Shown: positions 10,722-20,576 of the stretch, piece after piece
Numbering within the stretch: the stretch's first letter is position 1
Layout: every line of letters begins with the position of its first letter
Notes under the pieces: generated by a model
The model's database searches: none
What the model saw: only the letters and a program-made list of their open reading frames with translations
Told to the model about the DNA's origin: nothing
Made by a program: the position numbers and the translations under genes
Origin: Candidatus Marinacidobacterium sp.
GTDB lineage: Bacteria; Acidobacteriota; Vicinamibacteria; Marinacidobacterales; Marinacidobacteraceae
Reading direction: 5' to 3'
Assembly: GCA_965220965.1 (NCBI GenBank)
Contig: OZ244852.1
Span: 1,152,001 to 1,216,000, forward strand
Length of the DNA: 64,000 nt

Positions 10722-11855
10722 GCGCGGTAGAGCTCCAGGGCGGCCTCGGCTTCGAACGGCCGCGGATTGAAACGCCCGGTCCACTCCTCGGCGGCCTCCC
10801 CCGCGAGCGCGGGGAGGTCGGGCCCGGCGACTCCGGCGGACGGGAGATCCCCCGGGAGCCCGGCGGCGCGGGTCCAGCCGCGAAGCAGCGCGGCGAGGCG
10901 GGCGCCGGGCGACTGACCCTCCGGCCGGATCTCCGCCGCTTCGAGGAGGCTGACGTAGGCGTCGTCCGCGGCGGCGGCGTTCCAGCGCACGACGCGGGGA
11001 AGCGTCACCGCGAGCGCCCGCCCGTGGACGACGCCGTGTCGCTTCGTCAGCGGGTTCGCGAGCGCGTGGGCAGCCCCCAGCATGGACCGCTCGATCGCCG
11101 CCCCGGCGAGGAAGGCCCCGCGCTGCATGGCGCTCCAGGCGGCGGCGTCGGCGCTTCCCGAGAGCACATCGGGAAAGGCGCTCGCGAGCAGGCCGAACGC
11201 CTCCCGGCTGAGCCTCCGGGAGGACTCGTCCGACCGGGTCGAGGCCGCGGTCTCGACCGCGTGGGCCACCGCGTCGAATCCGGTGGCCGCCACCACGCTC
11301 GCCGGAGCGGAGGGAAGGAGTTCCGGGTCGAGGCACACGCCCCGGAACATCGCCGAGGGGCTCCCGCAGGCGAGTTTCTGGTGGTCCCGGTCGCGCGAGA
11401 TCAGGGCGTAGGACTGCGCTTCGCTGCCGGTTCCGGCGGTCGTGGGAACGCCGAGCAGCGGGGGGAGGGGTTCGGGACACCGGTCGTAGCCCCGGTAGTC
11501 CTCCATGCGGCCGCCGCCCGCCAGCAGGAATCCGGCGGCCTTCGCCACGTCGAGCGAGCTGCCGCCGCCGACCCCCACGAGCGCATCGGCGCCGAAGGCG
11601 CGCGCCGCCTCCATCGCCCGGCCGGCGTCGGACTCGGTGGGGTTTTCTCCGAAGTCGCCGAAGAGCCGCGCCGCCACCCCGGCGGCCTCGAGGCTCGAGA
11701 TCGCCCGCTCCGCAATCCCGGCGGCCACGATTCCCGGGTCGGAGGTCACGAGCGCGCGCTCGAGCCCCATCGAGCGCGCCATCGGGCCGAGCGAGCGGAT
11801 CGCCCCCGCGCCCGACACGACCTCGGGCGACGGGCCGTCGGGGAGCCGCCAGTTA
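10712..11855 (-). CDS. Iron-containing alcohol dehydrogenase; the 5' end is interrupted by a MITE, so the true start is uncertain
   Basis: GVGGGSSLDVAK, PTTAGTGSE, DAVAHAVE, GAAHALANPL and HG metal ligands. The ORF continues into the MITE at 11856-12037. Confidence 0.85.
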
Positions 11856-12037
11856 GCAGCCCGTTGACAAAGTCCCGCGGCGTTCGAGCGGCGATGCATC
11901 CCGCCCGAATCACGCCCCTCCGGGGCGCTCATCGTTGCGTTTCGCTCGGAATATTCCCGATATTCCTCGCTCACGCGCCTTGTCGACCGGGCGCCTCACC
12001 GCTCTCGGCGCTGCACGCGACTTCGTCAACGAACTGC
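11856..12037 (+). mobile_element. 182-bp MITE, copy 1
   Basis: Imperfect 19-bp terminal inverted repeats GCAGCCCGTTGACAAAGTC / GACTTCGTCAACGAACTGC. About 12 mismatches versus the inverted copy at 23002-23183. No transposase inside. Confidence 0.85.
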
Positions 12038-12079
12038 TCCCCCGAACGTCGCCGGGATCGCTGGCGGCCGGAAGCCCGC

Positions 12080-13513
12080 TCAGGGCCCGGTCGCGCCCTG
12101 CTCGATGGCGAACAACTGGTTGCGGCTCGCGATGTAGAGGACGCCCCCCGACGGGACCACGCTCGAATACACGGAGCTGCCCATGTTCATCTCCGCGATG
12201 ACCTCCTCGGTCGGGCCGGGCCGCAGAACGACGATGTCACCATCCTCGTCCCCGAGGTAGAGCTTGTCGTCGGCGATCACCGGCGATCCCCAGACCGCCG
12301 CAAAGGTGTCATGGACCCACAGGGACTCCCCGGTCTCGATGTCCACCGCGTGGAGGAACCCGGAGAAGTCCGGCAGATAGAGGATCCCGTCCTTCACCGC
12401 GGCGGTGGAGATCGACCGGCGGATCGTGTCGTAATGCCAGAGGCGCCCCGACCAGGTGATGTCCCCGCGCTGGGTGGCGTCGATCGAGTAGAGGTGGCCG
12501 ACGCCCTCGCCGTGTTCGGGGTCCTGGCCGTTCGCGATGAACAGCCGGTTGCCGAGGATGACCGGGGTCGAGATCACGTTGTTCCGGGTGCGGGGCCAGG
12601 CCGAGTCCTCCGGGTTTGTGTCGAAGCTCCACAGGAGCTCGCCGGTCTCCGCCATGTAGCCGCGGACCCAGCCGTCCCCCTCGCCCATGACGACCTGGGT
12701 GACGCCGCCGATCTCGCCGACCCCGGCGGAGGACCACTGGCCGTGGAGGATCCGCTCCCCGACGTGGTTCGCTTCCCAGACGAGCTCTCCGGTGCGCTTG
12801 TCGAGCGCGATGATGGCCGGGGCCCGGGGCGAGGGGATCGTGATGTGCGTCTCGTCCTGCCCGTTCGAGGAGTTGATGAAAAGCAGGTTCCCCCACGACA
12901 CCGGACTCGAGTTCGACATGTTGTGCGGGAACGCGCCCACCTCTTCCATCATGTCGAACCGCCAGAGGATGTCGCCGTCAGTGGGCGACTGGAGCGCCTC
13001 GTCGGTGAACGGGCCGTCGTTGCCGTTCGCCATCCCGTGGACATCGAGCGCGAGGACCTCGCCCCGGTTCGTGACGTAGTAGAGGATGTCCCCCTCGACG
13101 AGCGGCGAGGAACAGACGCCCTGGTAGGGCCAGTCGTTCACCCGGCCGGCCGCCAGCTTGTCGGACACCATCTGCCAGAGGAACTCTCCGGTGGCGGCGT
13201 CGAAGGCCAGCAGGATCCCCTTGTCGCCCACGATCTCGGTGTCGTAGAGCGCCTCGTTGTTCGTGCCGACGAACACGCGCCCGCCGGCGACCACCGGGTT
13301 CCCGTAGGTCTGGGACCCGAGCGCCGCCACCCAGCGCACGTTCCGGCCCGACTGCACGTCCCATTCCGCCGGGAGTTCCTGGGCCACATCGGACACCATG
13401 TTGCGGTCGGGGGTTCCGCCCCACATCGGCCAGTCCTGGGCCACGGCCGGAGCGGCGAACGCCAGGATGCCGGTAACAAGAAGAAGCGCCGAAGCCTTGG
13501 CGGATCGGGTCAC
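12080..13513 (-). CDS. PQQ-binding-like beta-propeller protein
   Basis: GTG start with GGAGG upstream, signal peptide, DWPMWGGTPDRN and propeller repeats. Confidence 0.85.
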   Translation of the reverse strand: MTRSAKASALLLVTGILAFAAPAVAQDWPMWGGTPDRNMVSDVAQELPAEWDVQSGRNVRWVAALGSQTYGNPVVAGGRVFVGTNNEALYDTEIVGDKGILLAFDAATGEFLWQMVSDKLAAGRVNDWPYQGVCSSPLVEGDILYYVTNRGEVLALDVHGMANGNDGPFTDEALQSPTDGDILWRFDMMEEVGAFPHNMSNSSPVSWGNLLFINSSNGQDETHITIPSPRAPAIIALDKRTGELVWEANHVGERILHGQWSSAGVGEIGGVTQVVMGEGDGWVRGYMAETGELLWSFDTNPEDSAWPRTRNNVISTPVILGNRLFIANGQDPEHGEGVGHLYSIDATQRGDITWSGRLWHYDTIRRSISTAAVKDGILYLPDFSGFLHAVDIETGESLWVHDTFAAVWGSPVIADDKLYLGDEDGDIVVLRPGPTEEVIAEMNMGSSVYSSVVPSGGVLYIASRNQLFAIEQGATGP

Positions 13514-13527
13514 GTTGGGGTTCCTCC

Positions 13528-15759
13528 TCACTCGCCGGGTGTCACGACGATGTTGTCGAAATAGATCTCGGACGTCACGGCGTCCGCGAAGACGCCGGGG
13601 GTTCCTTCCCGGTGGGGCAGCTCTTCGCGCCACTCCAGCGTCCATTCCTCGGGCTCGGGGTCCGAGCGAAGCCAGGCCTTGCCCCGGGCCAGGACCCCGT
13701 CGCCGTCCTCGACGACCTCGAACTTCATGGAGTACCAGGTGTCTTTCTCCCAGGCGAAGGGCATGGCGGTGGAGCGGCCGGGGGTGGCGTGCCAGGAGTG
13801 GATCTCGAGGCGCTGGTGATTCCCCATGAGGACGAACTGGTAGCGCTGGGCCACCAGGCCCACGTTGCCCAGCGAGCGGCGCCGCTCGGTGGCGAACACG
13901 TCCGCGGAGACCGTATAGCCGGTCATGTCGGGCGGGCCCATGTAGATCCGGGCGCGCCGCAGGAACGGGTTGTCCGCGGCCTTGATGAGAACCCGCTCGC
14001 CGGTGTCGAGCTCGCCGGTGCGGTACTTCCCGGCGGCGTTGACCCAGTGGGACGGAACCGCGGCGTCCTCGGCGTCGAAGTCCCAGCTCCAGGGCAGGGG
14101 CGGGACGACCCGGAAGCGGGCCGCTCCCTCGACGGTCCCGGTGGTCGCGGTGACGACTCCGGCGCCGGGGGATCCGCCGACCCGGAGCGTGGCTCCGCCG
14201 TCGGCCGGCTCGACTTCGGCTTCGAACCCGGCGACCGACCACGCGATGTCGGCGGGGAGCGCAGCCGGGTTGCCGCGCGCGTCGAACGCTGCGACCCGCA
14301 GCGCGAACTCGTCTCCCGGCGCCAGGATGTGCTCGGTCGGCGAGACGACCAGCCGGGCCGCTTCGCCGCCCATCGCGGGCGCCGGATCGGGCTCGGGATC
14401 GGGGCCGGGACGGCGCTCGCCGATCGCGTAGAGCCCCCCGCTGGACACGACGTAGACCACGCCGTCGCTCACCGCCGCCGAGGCGATGATCTCCTCGGGC
14501 GCCTCCTCGGTTCCGAGCAGGTCGCTGTCGAGGATCTCGACGCCGGAACGGCTCGGACGAAGGATGAAGAACCGCCCGTTCGCCGTCCCGACGTAGAGCT
14601 TGCCGTCAGCGAGGACCGGGGAGGCGCGCTGGATCGTGCCGAGGTTCTCGGACCACAGCAACTCACCGGCGTTGGCGGAAAACGCGCTCAGGTTCGCGCT
14701 GTTGTCGATCTGGTAGACGAGCTCCCCGTCGGTGACGCCGGAGGAGAAGCCGCCCATGAAGCCCTGCGCCTGCCAGCGGGCGGACTCATAGGCGATCTCT
14801 CCGGAAGAGGTCGCGTCGAGCGCGGCGAGCAGGCCCATCGTGGAGGAGGTCGTGTTCTCCTCGCCGTGGCTCACGATCGCGAGGTCGCCGATCACGACCG
14901 CTCCGCTGTTCACCCCGCGCTTGCTCATCGGGTAGTTCCAGACCGAGGCGCCGGTCGTGGGCTGGAGCGCGTGGAAAGCTCCGTCGCCGCCGCCCACGAG
15001 GAGGAGCGGCTGCCCCCCGATGGTGGCGATCTGCGCCGGGGAATACGTCGTGTCGAAGGGACGCCCGCCGGGCGCCGACATCCAGATCATCTCCCCGGTA
15101 CGCTTGTCGAAAGCGAAGAACCGCTGGCCGCCGCGGGCGTGGGCGCCCCATATCGAAGTCAGCGCGCTCACGATCACGTGGTCGCGGAACACCAGGGGCG
15201 AGGCGGTGCGGCCGCCGTGGGTCGAAACCAGTCCGATCTCCTCGGGGAGCGAGCGGGTCCAGCGCAGCGACCCGTCCTCGACGGAGAACGCGCTGAGCTG
15301 CCCCCCCACGGTCATCATGAACACCGAGCCGGTCTCGGCGTCCACCGCGGGCGCCGCCCAGCCCACCCGGCGCGGCGGGGCGTCCGAGTGGTAGATGTTC
15401 TGCCGGACTTCCCAGAGGACATCGCCGGTCCCGGCGTCGAGCGCCACCAGCCGTTCCTGTCGCGTCGCGCCTTCGCCGAATCCGTTCTGCGCGAACAGCC
15501 GGTCCCCGAGGACGACAGGGGTGGAGCGGCCGCCGAACGGGGCCCGGAAGAGGAGGTTCTCGCCGTCGGGCGACCACGACTCGGGGAATCCGACGCCGAC
15601 GGCGATCCCGTCGCGGGTCGGACCCCTGCGCTCCGGCCAGTCGGGAGCGGATGCTCCCGGCGCCCCGACTGCGGACCCCGAAATGGCGATCACCGCCACG
15701 ACTGCAAGCCAGCCGGACCGGCCAGCCAAGAGACTCTTTGAACCAGATTGAGCGCGCAT
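13528..15759 (-). CDS. PQQ-binding-like beta-propeller protein with C-terminal Ig-like and beta-sandwich extensions
   Basis: ATG 15759, signal peptide, DWPERRGPTRDG, propeller repeats and a ~300-aa C-terminal extension. Confidence 0.8.
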   Translation of the reverse strand: MRAQSGSKSLLAGRSGWLAVVAVIAISGSAVGAPGASAPDWPERRGPTRDGIAVGVGFPESWSPDGENLLFRAPFGGRSTPVVLGDRLFAQNGFGEGATRQERLVALDAGTGDVLWEVRQNIYHSDAPPRRVGWAAPAVDAETGSVFMMTVGGQLSAFSVEDGSLRWTRSLPEEIGLVSTHGGRTASPLVFRDHVIVSALTSIWGAHARGGQRFFAFDKRTGEMIWMSAPGGRPFDTTYSPAQIATIGGQPLLLVGGGDGAFHALQPTTGASVWNYPMSKRGVNSGAVVIGDLAIVSHGEENTTSSTMGLLAALDATSSGEIAYESARWQAQGFMGGFSSGVTDGELVYQIDNSANLSAFSANAGELLWSENLGTIQRASPVLADGKLYVGTANGRFFILRPSRSGVEILDSDLLGTEEAPEEIIASAAVSDGVVYVVSSGGLYAIGERRPGPDPEPDPAPAMGGEAARLVVSPTEHILAPGDEFALRVAAFDARGNPAALPADIAWSVAGFEAEVEPADGGATLRVGGSPGAGVVTATTGTVEGAARFRVVPPLPWSWDFDAEDAAVPSHWVNAAGKYRTGELDTGERVLIKAADNPFLRRARIYMGPPDMTGYTVSADVFATERRRSLGNVGLVAQRYQFVLMGNHQRLEIHSWHATPGRSTAMPFAWEKDTWYSMKFEVVEDGDGVLARGKAWLRSDPEPEEWTLEWREELPHREGTPGVFADAVTSEIYFDNIVVTPGE

Positions 15760-15837
15760 GCCGACAAGGAATTCTATGCCAGCGATTCCGGACCCCACGG
15801 GAGCGTCGGGCTGAGCGGGCACAATACGCAGCGGCCC

Positions 15838-17259
15838 GTGCGAATCCTCCTTGCAGCCCTGCTGCTCGCTCCCGTCGTCTCGCTGGCGGGCCCGCCCGCC
15901 GAAGGAACTCCGCCGCAGGCGCCGGCCGCGTCCGGGGCGACCCCGGCGGAGGCGGCGCACGGCGCCTGGCCCGGGTGGCGGGGACCGCGCGGCGACGGCG
16001 TCTCGGAGGCGACCGGACTCCCGGTGCGCTTCGATCCGGAAGCGAACGGCCTCTGGAAGATACGGCCTCCCGGCCGCGGGCACTCCTCGCCGATCGTCCA
16101 GGACGGCCGGATCTTCCTCTCCGCCTCGGTCGCGGGCGAGCCCGTCCCGGGCCACGGGCCGCCCGTCCACATGCGCGACGGCGCGGTCTATCTCCACCCG
16201 GGGAGCACCCACGGCGACCGCTCGCATCGACTCCTCGCGCTCGCCTACGACGCCAGGAGCGGCGAGGAGCTCTGGCGCCGGACGGTCCACGACGGGCCCG
16301 TCCACGACAACCGCCACCAGAGCAACACCTACGCCTCGCCCACCGCGGTGACCGACGGATCGCGCGTCTACTTCTGGTTCGGCTCGGAGGGCCTCTTTGC
16401 GTTCACACTGGACGGGGATCCGGTGTGGGAGGCGGACCTCGGCGACTTCGGCGTCTGGGGTCTCGGGCACGGCATCTCGCCCGTGCTCCACGGCGAGCAC
16501 ATCATCCTGGTCTGCGACGACGACGCCGGCGACGGGTCGGTGATCCTCGCGGTGGACCGCGGAACCGGCGAGGTGGCGTGGACGACGCCCCGCCGGGTGC
16601 GCAAGAGCTGGGCGACGCCGGCGCTCATCCCGGTGGGTGACGGGGTCCAGCTCTTCGTGCCGAGCTACAACCTGGTGGCCGGCTACGACCCGGAGACCGG
16701 CGCCGAGCTGTGGCGGAGCGAGGGGTTCGACTCGAACCTCGTCCACACCCCCGTCCATCAGGCGTTCGGCGACGGACGCCTGGTCTTCGCCTCGACCGGC
16801 TACCCGAGGAAGGAGATGCGGGCGCTCGAGATCCTCCCCGACGCGCCGCCCCGCATCCGCTGGCGCCACGAACGCGGGACCGGGTACCTGCCTTCGGCGC
16901 TCCTCTACCAGAACATCCTGTTCTTCCTCTCGGACGGCGGCGTCATCACCGCGCTGAACCCCGACGACGGGTCGGTCCACTTCCAGGCGCGCCCCCCGCA
17001 GCCGGGGCGCTACCACGCTTCGCCGCTGGGGTACGAGGGACAGGTGCTCATCGCCAGCCTCGAAGGGGATCTGACGGTGTTCCGAGCCGCGCCCGAGTTC
17101 GGGATCGTCGCCACCAGTTCGCTGCCGGAGGCGGTCTGGGCCTCGCCCGCCGTCTCCGGGAACACGATGTTCCTGCGCACCGTCGACCACCTCTACGCCT
17201 TCCGCGAGGCCGGGGAGGCGACCACCGCCGCCGCGCGGCCGCGAGGAGAGCCCCGATGA
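15838..17259 (+). CDS. PQQ-binding-like beta-propeller protein
   Basis: GTG 15838, signal peptide, WPGWRGPRGDG, GHSSPIV and ASPTAVTDG. Confidence 0.85.
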   Translation: MRILLAALLLAPVVSLAGPPAEGTPPQAPAASGATPAEAAHGAWPGWRGPRGDGVSEATGLPVRFDPEANGLWKIRPPGRGHSSPIVQDGRIFLSASVAGEPVPGHGPPVHMRDGAVYLHPGSTHGDRSHRLLALAYDARSGEELWRRTVHDGPVHDNRHQSNTYASPTAVTDGSRVYFWFGSEGLFAFTLDGDPVWEADLGDFGVWGLGHGISPVLHGEHIILVCDDDAGDGSVILAVDRGTGEVAWTTPRRVRKSWATPALIPVGDGVQLFVPSYNLVAGYDPETGAELWRSEGFDSNLVHTPVHQAFGDGRLVFASTGYPRKEMRALEILPDAPPRIRWRHERGTGYLPSALLYQNILFFLSDGGVITALNPDDGSVHFQARPPQPGRYHASPLGYEGQVLIASLEGDLTVFRAAPEFGIVATSSLPEAVWASPAVSGNTMFLRTVDHLYAFREAGEATTAAARPRGEPR

Positions 17260-18608
17260 AGCAGCGACGCCACCTCTACGGCGCCTGCGCGGCGTTGCTG
17301 ATCGCCGCCAGCGCCGGCGCCCAGGCCGAATGGCCGCAGTGGCGCGGCCCGGGCGGCGCCGGAAGGGCGGATTCGACCGCCCCCAGCCGCTGGGGACCGG
17401 AGGAGAACGTCCTCTGGCGGACGCCCCTCGAGGGCCGGGGCCATTCCTCGCCGATCGTGGTGGGCGACCTGCTCTTCGTGACCTCGGCGGTCGCCGGGGA
17501 TCCGGCGCCCGACAACCGGGCCATCGTCCACTTCCTCGGCGGGGAGGAGTTCCTCCACCCGGACAGCATGGGCGCCGACCAACGGATCGATGTCCTGCTG
17601 CTCGCGCTGGAGCGGGAGAGCGGCGCGGTGCGCTGGAGGCGGGTCGCGCGCTCCGGCGCGCTGCCCTACGACAACCGCCACCGGGTGAGTTCCTACGCGA
17701 ACCCCACGCCGGTGAGCGACGGCGAGCGCGTCATCGTGTGGTTCGGGACCCACGGGCTCCACGCCTTCGACCTCGGGGGCGAGCCGGTCTGGGAGCGGGA
17801 CTTCGGCGGCGTGGGGACCGTGGGGATGGGCGTCGGCGTCTCGCCGGTCCTCGTGGAAGGGCTCGGCCTCGTGGTCATCCAGAACGATGTCGAGCAGGGG
17901 GAGGGCTCGTTCCTGCTGGCCGTCGACACCGCCTCGGGCGACGTGCGCTGGCGGGTGGACCGGGGCGAGCGGGTCGGCTGGGCCACCCCGGTCGTCGCGA
18001 CCGCTTCCGACGGAGCGCCCGTCGTCGTGACCGTCGGCACGACGACGAACCAGGGCTACGACGCCTCAACCGGAGCCCTTCTCTGGGAGTCCGACGGCCT
18101 CGGCGGCAATGCGGTGCCGAGCCCGGTTCCCTCGGGCGAGGGCGTGGTGTTCGCCGCGACCGGCTACCCCCGAAAGCGCGTCGTCGCGCTCGATGTCTCG
18201 GACGGGAAGGAGCTGTGGGAGTACCGGAAGGGGCAGGGGTACGTCCCGTCGCCCGCCTACCACCGGGGCCTGCTCTACCTGGTGAGCGACGGCGGGATCC
18301 TGACCGCGCTCGACGGCGCAACCGGCGAGATCGTCTACGAGGGTGGGCGCATGCCGCTGCCGTCGAGGTTCTTTTCCTCCCCGGTCATCGCCGGGGAGCG
18401 TCTCTATCTGACCAGCGAGGACGGCGACACCCACGTCATCCGAACCGGCCCGCGATTCCAGGTGCTCGCCACGAACAGCCTGGACGAGCCGGTCATGGCC
18501 TCGCCGGTCGTCGTGGACGGCGCGATGTATCTGCGAGGGGTGGAGTCGCTCTACGCGATCGCCCCCGACCCCGACTTCGGCGCGGGAGACCCGCCGGGGA
18601 TCCGCTGA
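17256..18608 (+). CDS. PQQ-binding-like beta-propeller protein
   Basis: ATGA overlap with the upstream paralogue, signal peptide, EWPQWRGPGG and GHSSPIV. Confidence 0.85.
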   Translation: MKQRRHLYGACAALLIAASAGAQAEWPQWRGPGGAGRADSTAPSRWGPEENVLWRTPLEGRGHSSPIVVGDLLFVTSAVAGDPAPDNRAIVHFLGGEEFLHPDSMGADQRIDVLLLALERESGAVRWRRVARSGALPYDNRHRVSSYANPTPVSDGERVIVWFGTHGLHAFDLGGEPVWERDFGGVGTVGMGVGVSPVLVEGLGLVVIQNDVEQGEGSFLLAVDTASGDVRWRVDRGERVGWATPVVATASDGAPVVVTVGTTTNQGYDASTGALLWESDGLGGNAVPSPVPSGEGVVFAATGYPRKRVVALDVSDGKELWEYRKGQGYVPSPAYHRGLLYLVSDGGILTALDGATGEIVYEGGRMPLPSRFFSSPVIAGERLYLTSEDGDTHVIRTGPRFQVLATNSLDEPVMASPVVVDGAMYLRGVESLYAIAPDPDFGAGDPPGIR

Positions 18609-18623
18609 CGGCGGAGGGACTTC

Positions 18624-20576
18624 ATGAACAGCCAGTTTTTCCTGAGCGGCCGTCGCGCCGCCCTGCGCGCCCCGTTCGGCGGAGCCCTCGCGGCCTCGCT
18701 GGCCCTGGGCGCGGCGCTGATCGCCGGGTGCGGAGCGCCTCCGGCCCCGGAGATCCCGCGCTACGACGCGCGCCAGTTCTACGAGACCGAGCAGGTCTTC
18801 GGCGCCTCGTTCTCGCCCGACGAGACCCGGGTCCTCATGACCTCGGACCGCACCGGCGTCATGAACGTCTACGCCCAGCCGGTGGCCGGCGGCGAACCGG
18901 AGGCCCTCACCGCCTCGGCGGCGGAGTCCCGGATGTCGGTGGCGTTCTTTCCGGAAGACGACCGGATCCTCTTCACCGCCGACGAGGGCGGGAACGAGCT
19001 GAACCACCTCTACGTCCGCGACCCGGAGGGCGAGGTCACCGACATCACGCCGGGCGAGAACCTGAAGGCGGGCTTCAGCGGGTTCAGCGAGGACGGGTCC
19101 CGGTTCTTCGTCACCAGCAACGAGCGCGACCCGCAGGCGTTCGACCTCTACGAGTACGACGCGGCCACCCTCGAGCGGCGCCTCGCCTGGGAGAACCCGG
19201 GGGGCTTTCAGCCCGGCCCGGTGAGCGGTGACGGGCGCTGGCTGGCCACGAGCCGGGCGTCGAACAACGCCGATTCGGATGTCTACCTGGTGGACCTCGA
19301 GGATCCCTCCGCCGAGCCTCGCCACGTGACGCCCCACGAGGGGGACGCGAGCCACGCCCCGATTGGCTTTCCGCCGGGATCCTCCACCCTCGTCTACGCG
19401 ACGAACGCCCACGGGGAGTTCAACGAAGCGTGGACCTGGGATCCGGCCACCGATGAGCACGCGCCGCTGGTCCAGGCGGACTGGGACGTGGTCTTCGTCT
19501 ACTGGTCGGATGCGGGGACCTACCGGGTGAGCGGCGTGAACGCCGACGCCTCGACCGCGATCACCGTGCTCGACACCCGCTCGGGCGAGCCGCTCGTTCT
19601 GCCGGATCTGCCCGGGGGAGACATCTCCGGCGTCTCGTTTTCGCCGACCGAAACGAAGATGGCGTTCTACCTGAGCAGCGACACCGCCCCCGCGAACCTG
19701 CATGTCTGGGATCTCGAGACCGACCAGGTGGCGCAGCTCACCGACACCCTGAACCCCGAGATCGCCCGCGAGCACCTGGTCGAGGCCGAGGTCATCCGCT
19801 ACCCCAGCTTCGACGGCCTGGAGATTCCCTCGATCCTCTACCGGCCGCACGGGGCGACGGCGGATGATCCGGCCCCGGCGCTGGTGTGGGTCCACGGCGG
19901 ACCCGGAGGGCAGAGCCGCAAGGGGTACCGGGCGCAGATCCAGCACCTGGTGAACCACGGCTACGCTGTCCTCGCGGTAAACAACCGCGGGTCATCGGGT
20001 TACGGGAAGACGTTCTTCCACATGGATGACCAGCGGCACGGCGACGTGGACCTCAAGGACTGCGTCGAAGCGCGGACGTACCTCGAGACGCTCGACTGGG
20101 TGGACGGTTCGCGGATCGGGATCATCGGGGGCAGCTACGGCGGCTACATGGTGGGCGCGGCGCTCGCGTTCGCGCCGGAGGTCTTCGATGTCGGGGTCAA
20201 CATCTTCGGGGTGATGAACTGGGTCCGCACGCTCTCGAGCATCCCGCCGTGGTGGGGCGCGGCGCGCGACTCGCTCTACGCCGAGCTGGGCGACCCGGAG
20301 ACCGATCTGGAGCGCCTGACGGCGATCTCGCCCCTGTTCCACGCGGCGAACATCGTGAAGCCGCTCTTCGTCGTCCAGGGCGCGAACGACCAACGGGTCC
20401 TCCAGATCGAGAGCGACGAGATCGTGGAGGCGGTGCGAGCCAACGGAACCCCGGTCGAGTATGTGATCTTCCCGGACGAGGGCCACGGCTTCCGCAAGCG
20501 GGAGAACCGGATCACCAGCGCCAACCGCATCGTGGCCTTCCTCGACACCCATCTCCGGGAGAACCAGGGAACATGA
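18624..20576 (+). CDS. S9-family peptidase (lipoprotein)
   Basis: Lipobox IAGC, VHGGPG, GGSYGG, QGAND and DEGHGF catalytic motifs. Confidence 0.9.
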   Translation: MNSQFFLSGRRAALRAPFGGALAASLALGAALIAGCGAPPAPEIPRYDARQFYETEQVFGASFSPDETRVLMTSDRTGVMNVYAQPVAGGEPEALTASAAESRMSVAFFPEDDRILFTADEGGNELNHLYVRDPEGEVTDITPGENLKAGFSGFSEDGSRFFVTSNERDPQAFDLYEYDAATLERRLAWENPGGFQPGPVSGDGRWLATSRASNNADSDVYLVDLEDPSAEPRHVTPHEGDASHAPIGFPPGSSTLVYATNAHGEFNEAWTWDPATDEHAPLVQADWDVVFVYWSDAGTYRVSGVNADASTAITVLDTRSGEPLVLPDLPGGDISGVSFSPTETKMAFYLSSDTAPANLHVWDLETDQVAQLTDTLNPEIAREHLVEAEVIRYPSFDGLEIPSILYRPHGATADDPAPALVWVHGGPGGQSRKGYRAQIQHLVNHGYAVLAVNNRGSSGYGKTFFHMDDQRHGDVDLKDCVEARTYLETLDWVDGSRIGIIGGSYGGYMVGAALAFAPEVFDVGVNIFGVMNWVRTLSSIPPWWGAARDSLYAELGDPETDLERLTAISPLFHAANIVKPLFVVQGANDQRVLQIESDEIVEAVRANGTPVEYVIFPDEGHGFRKRENRITSANRIVAFLDTHLRENQGT

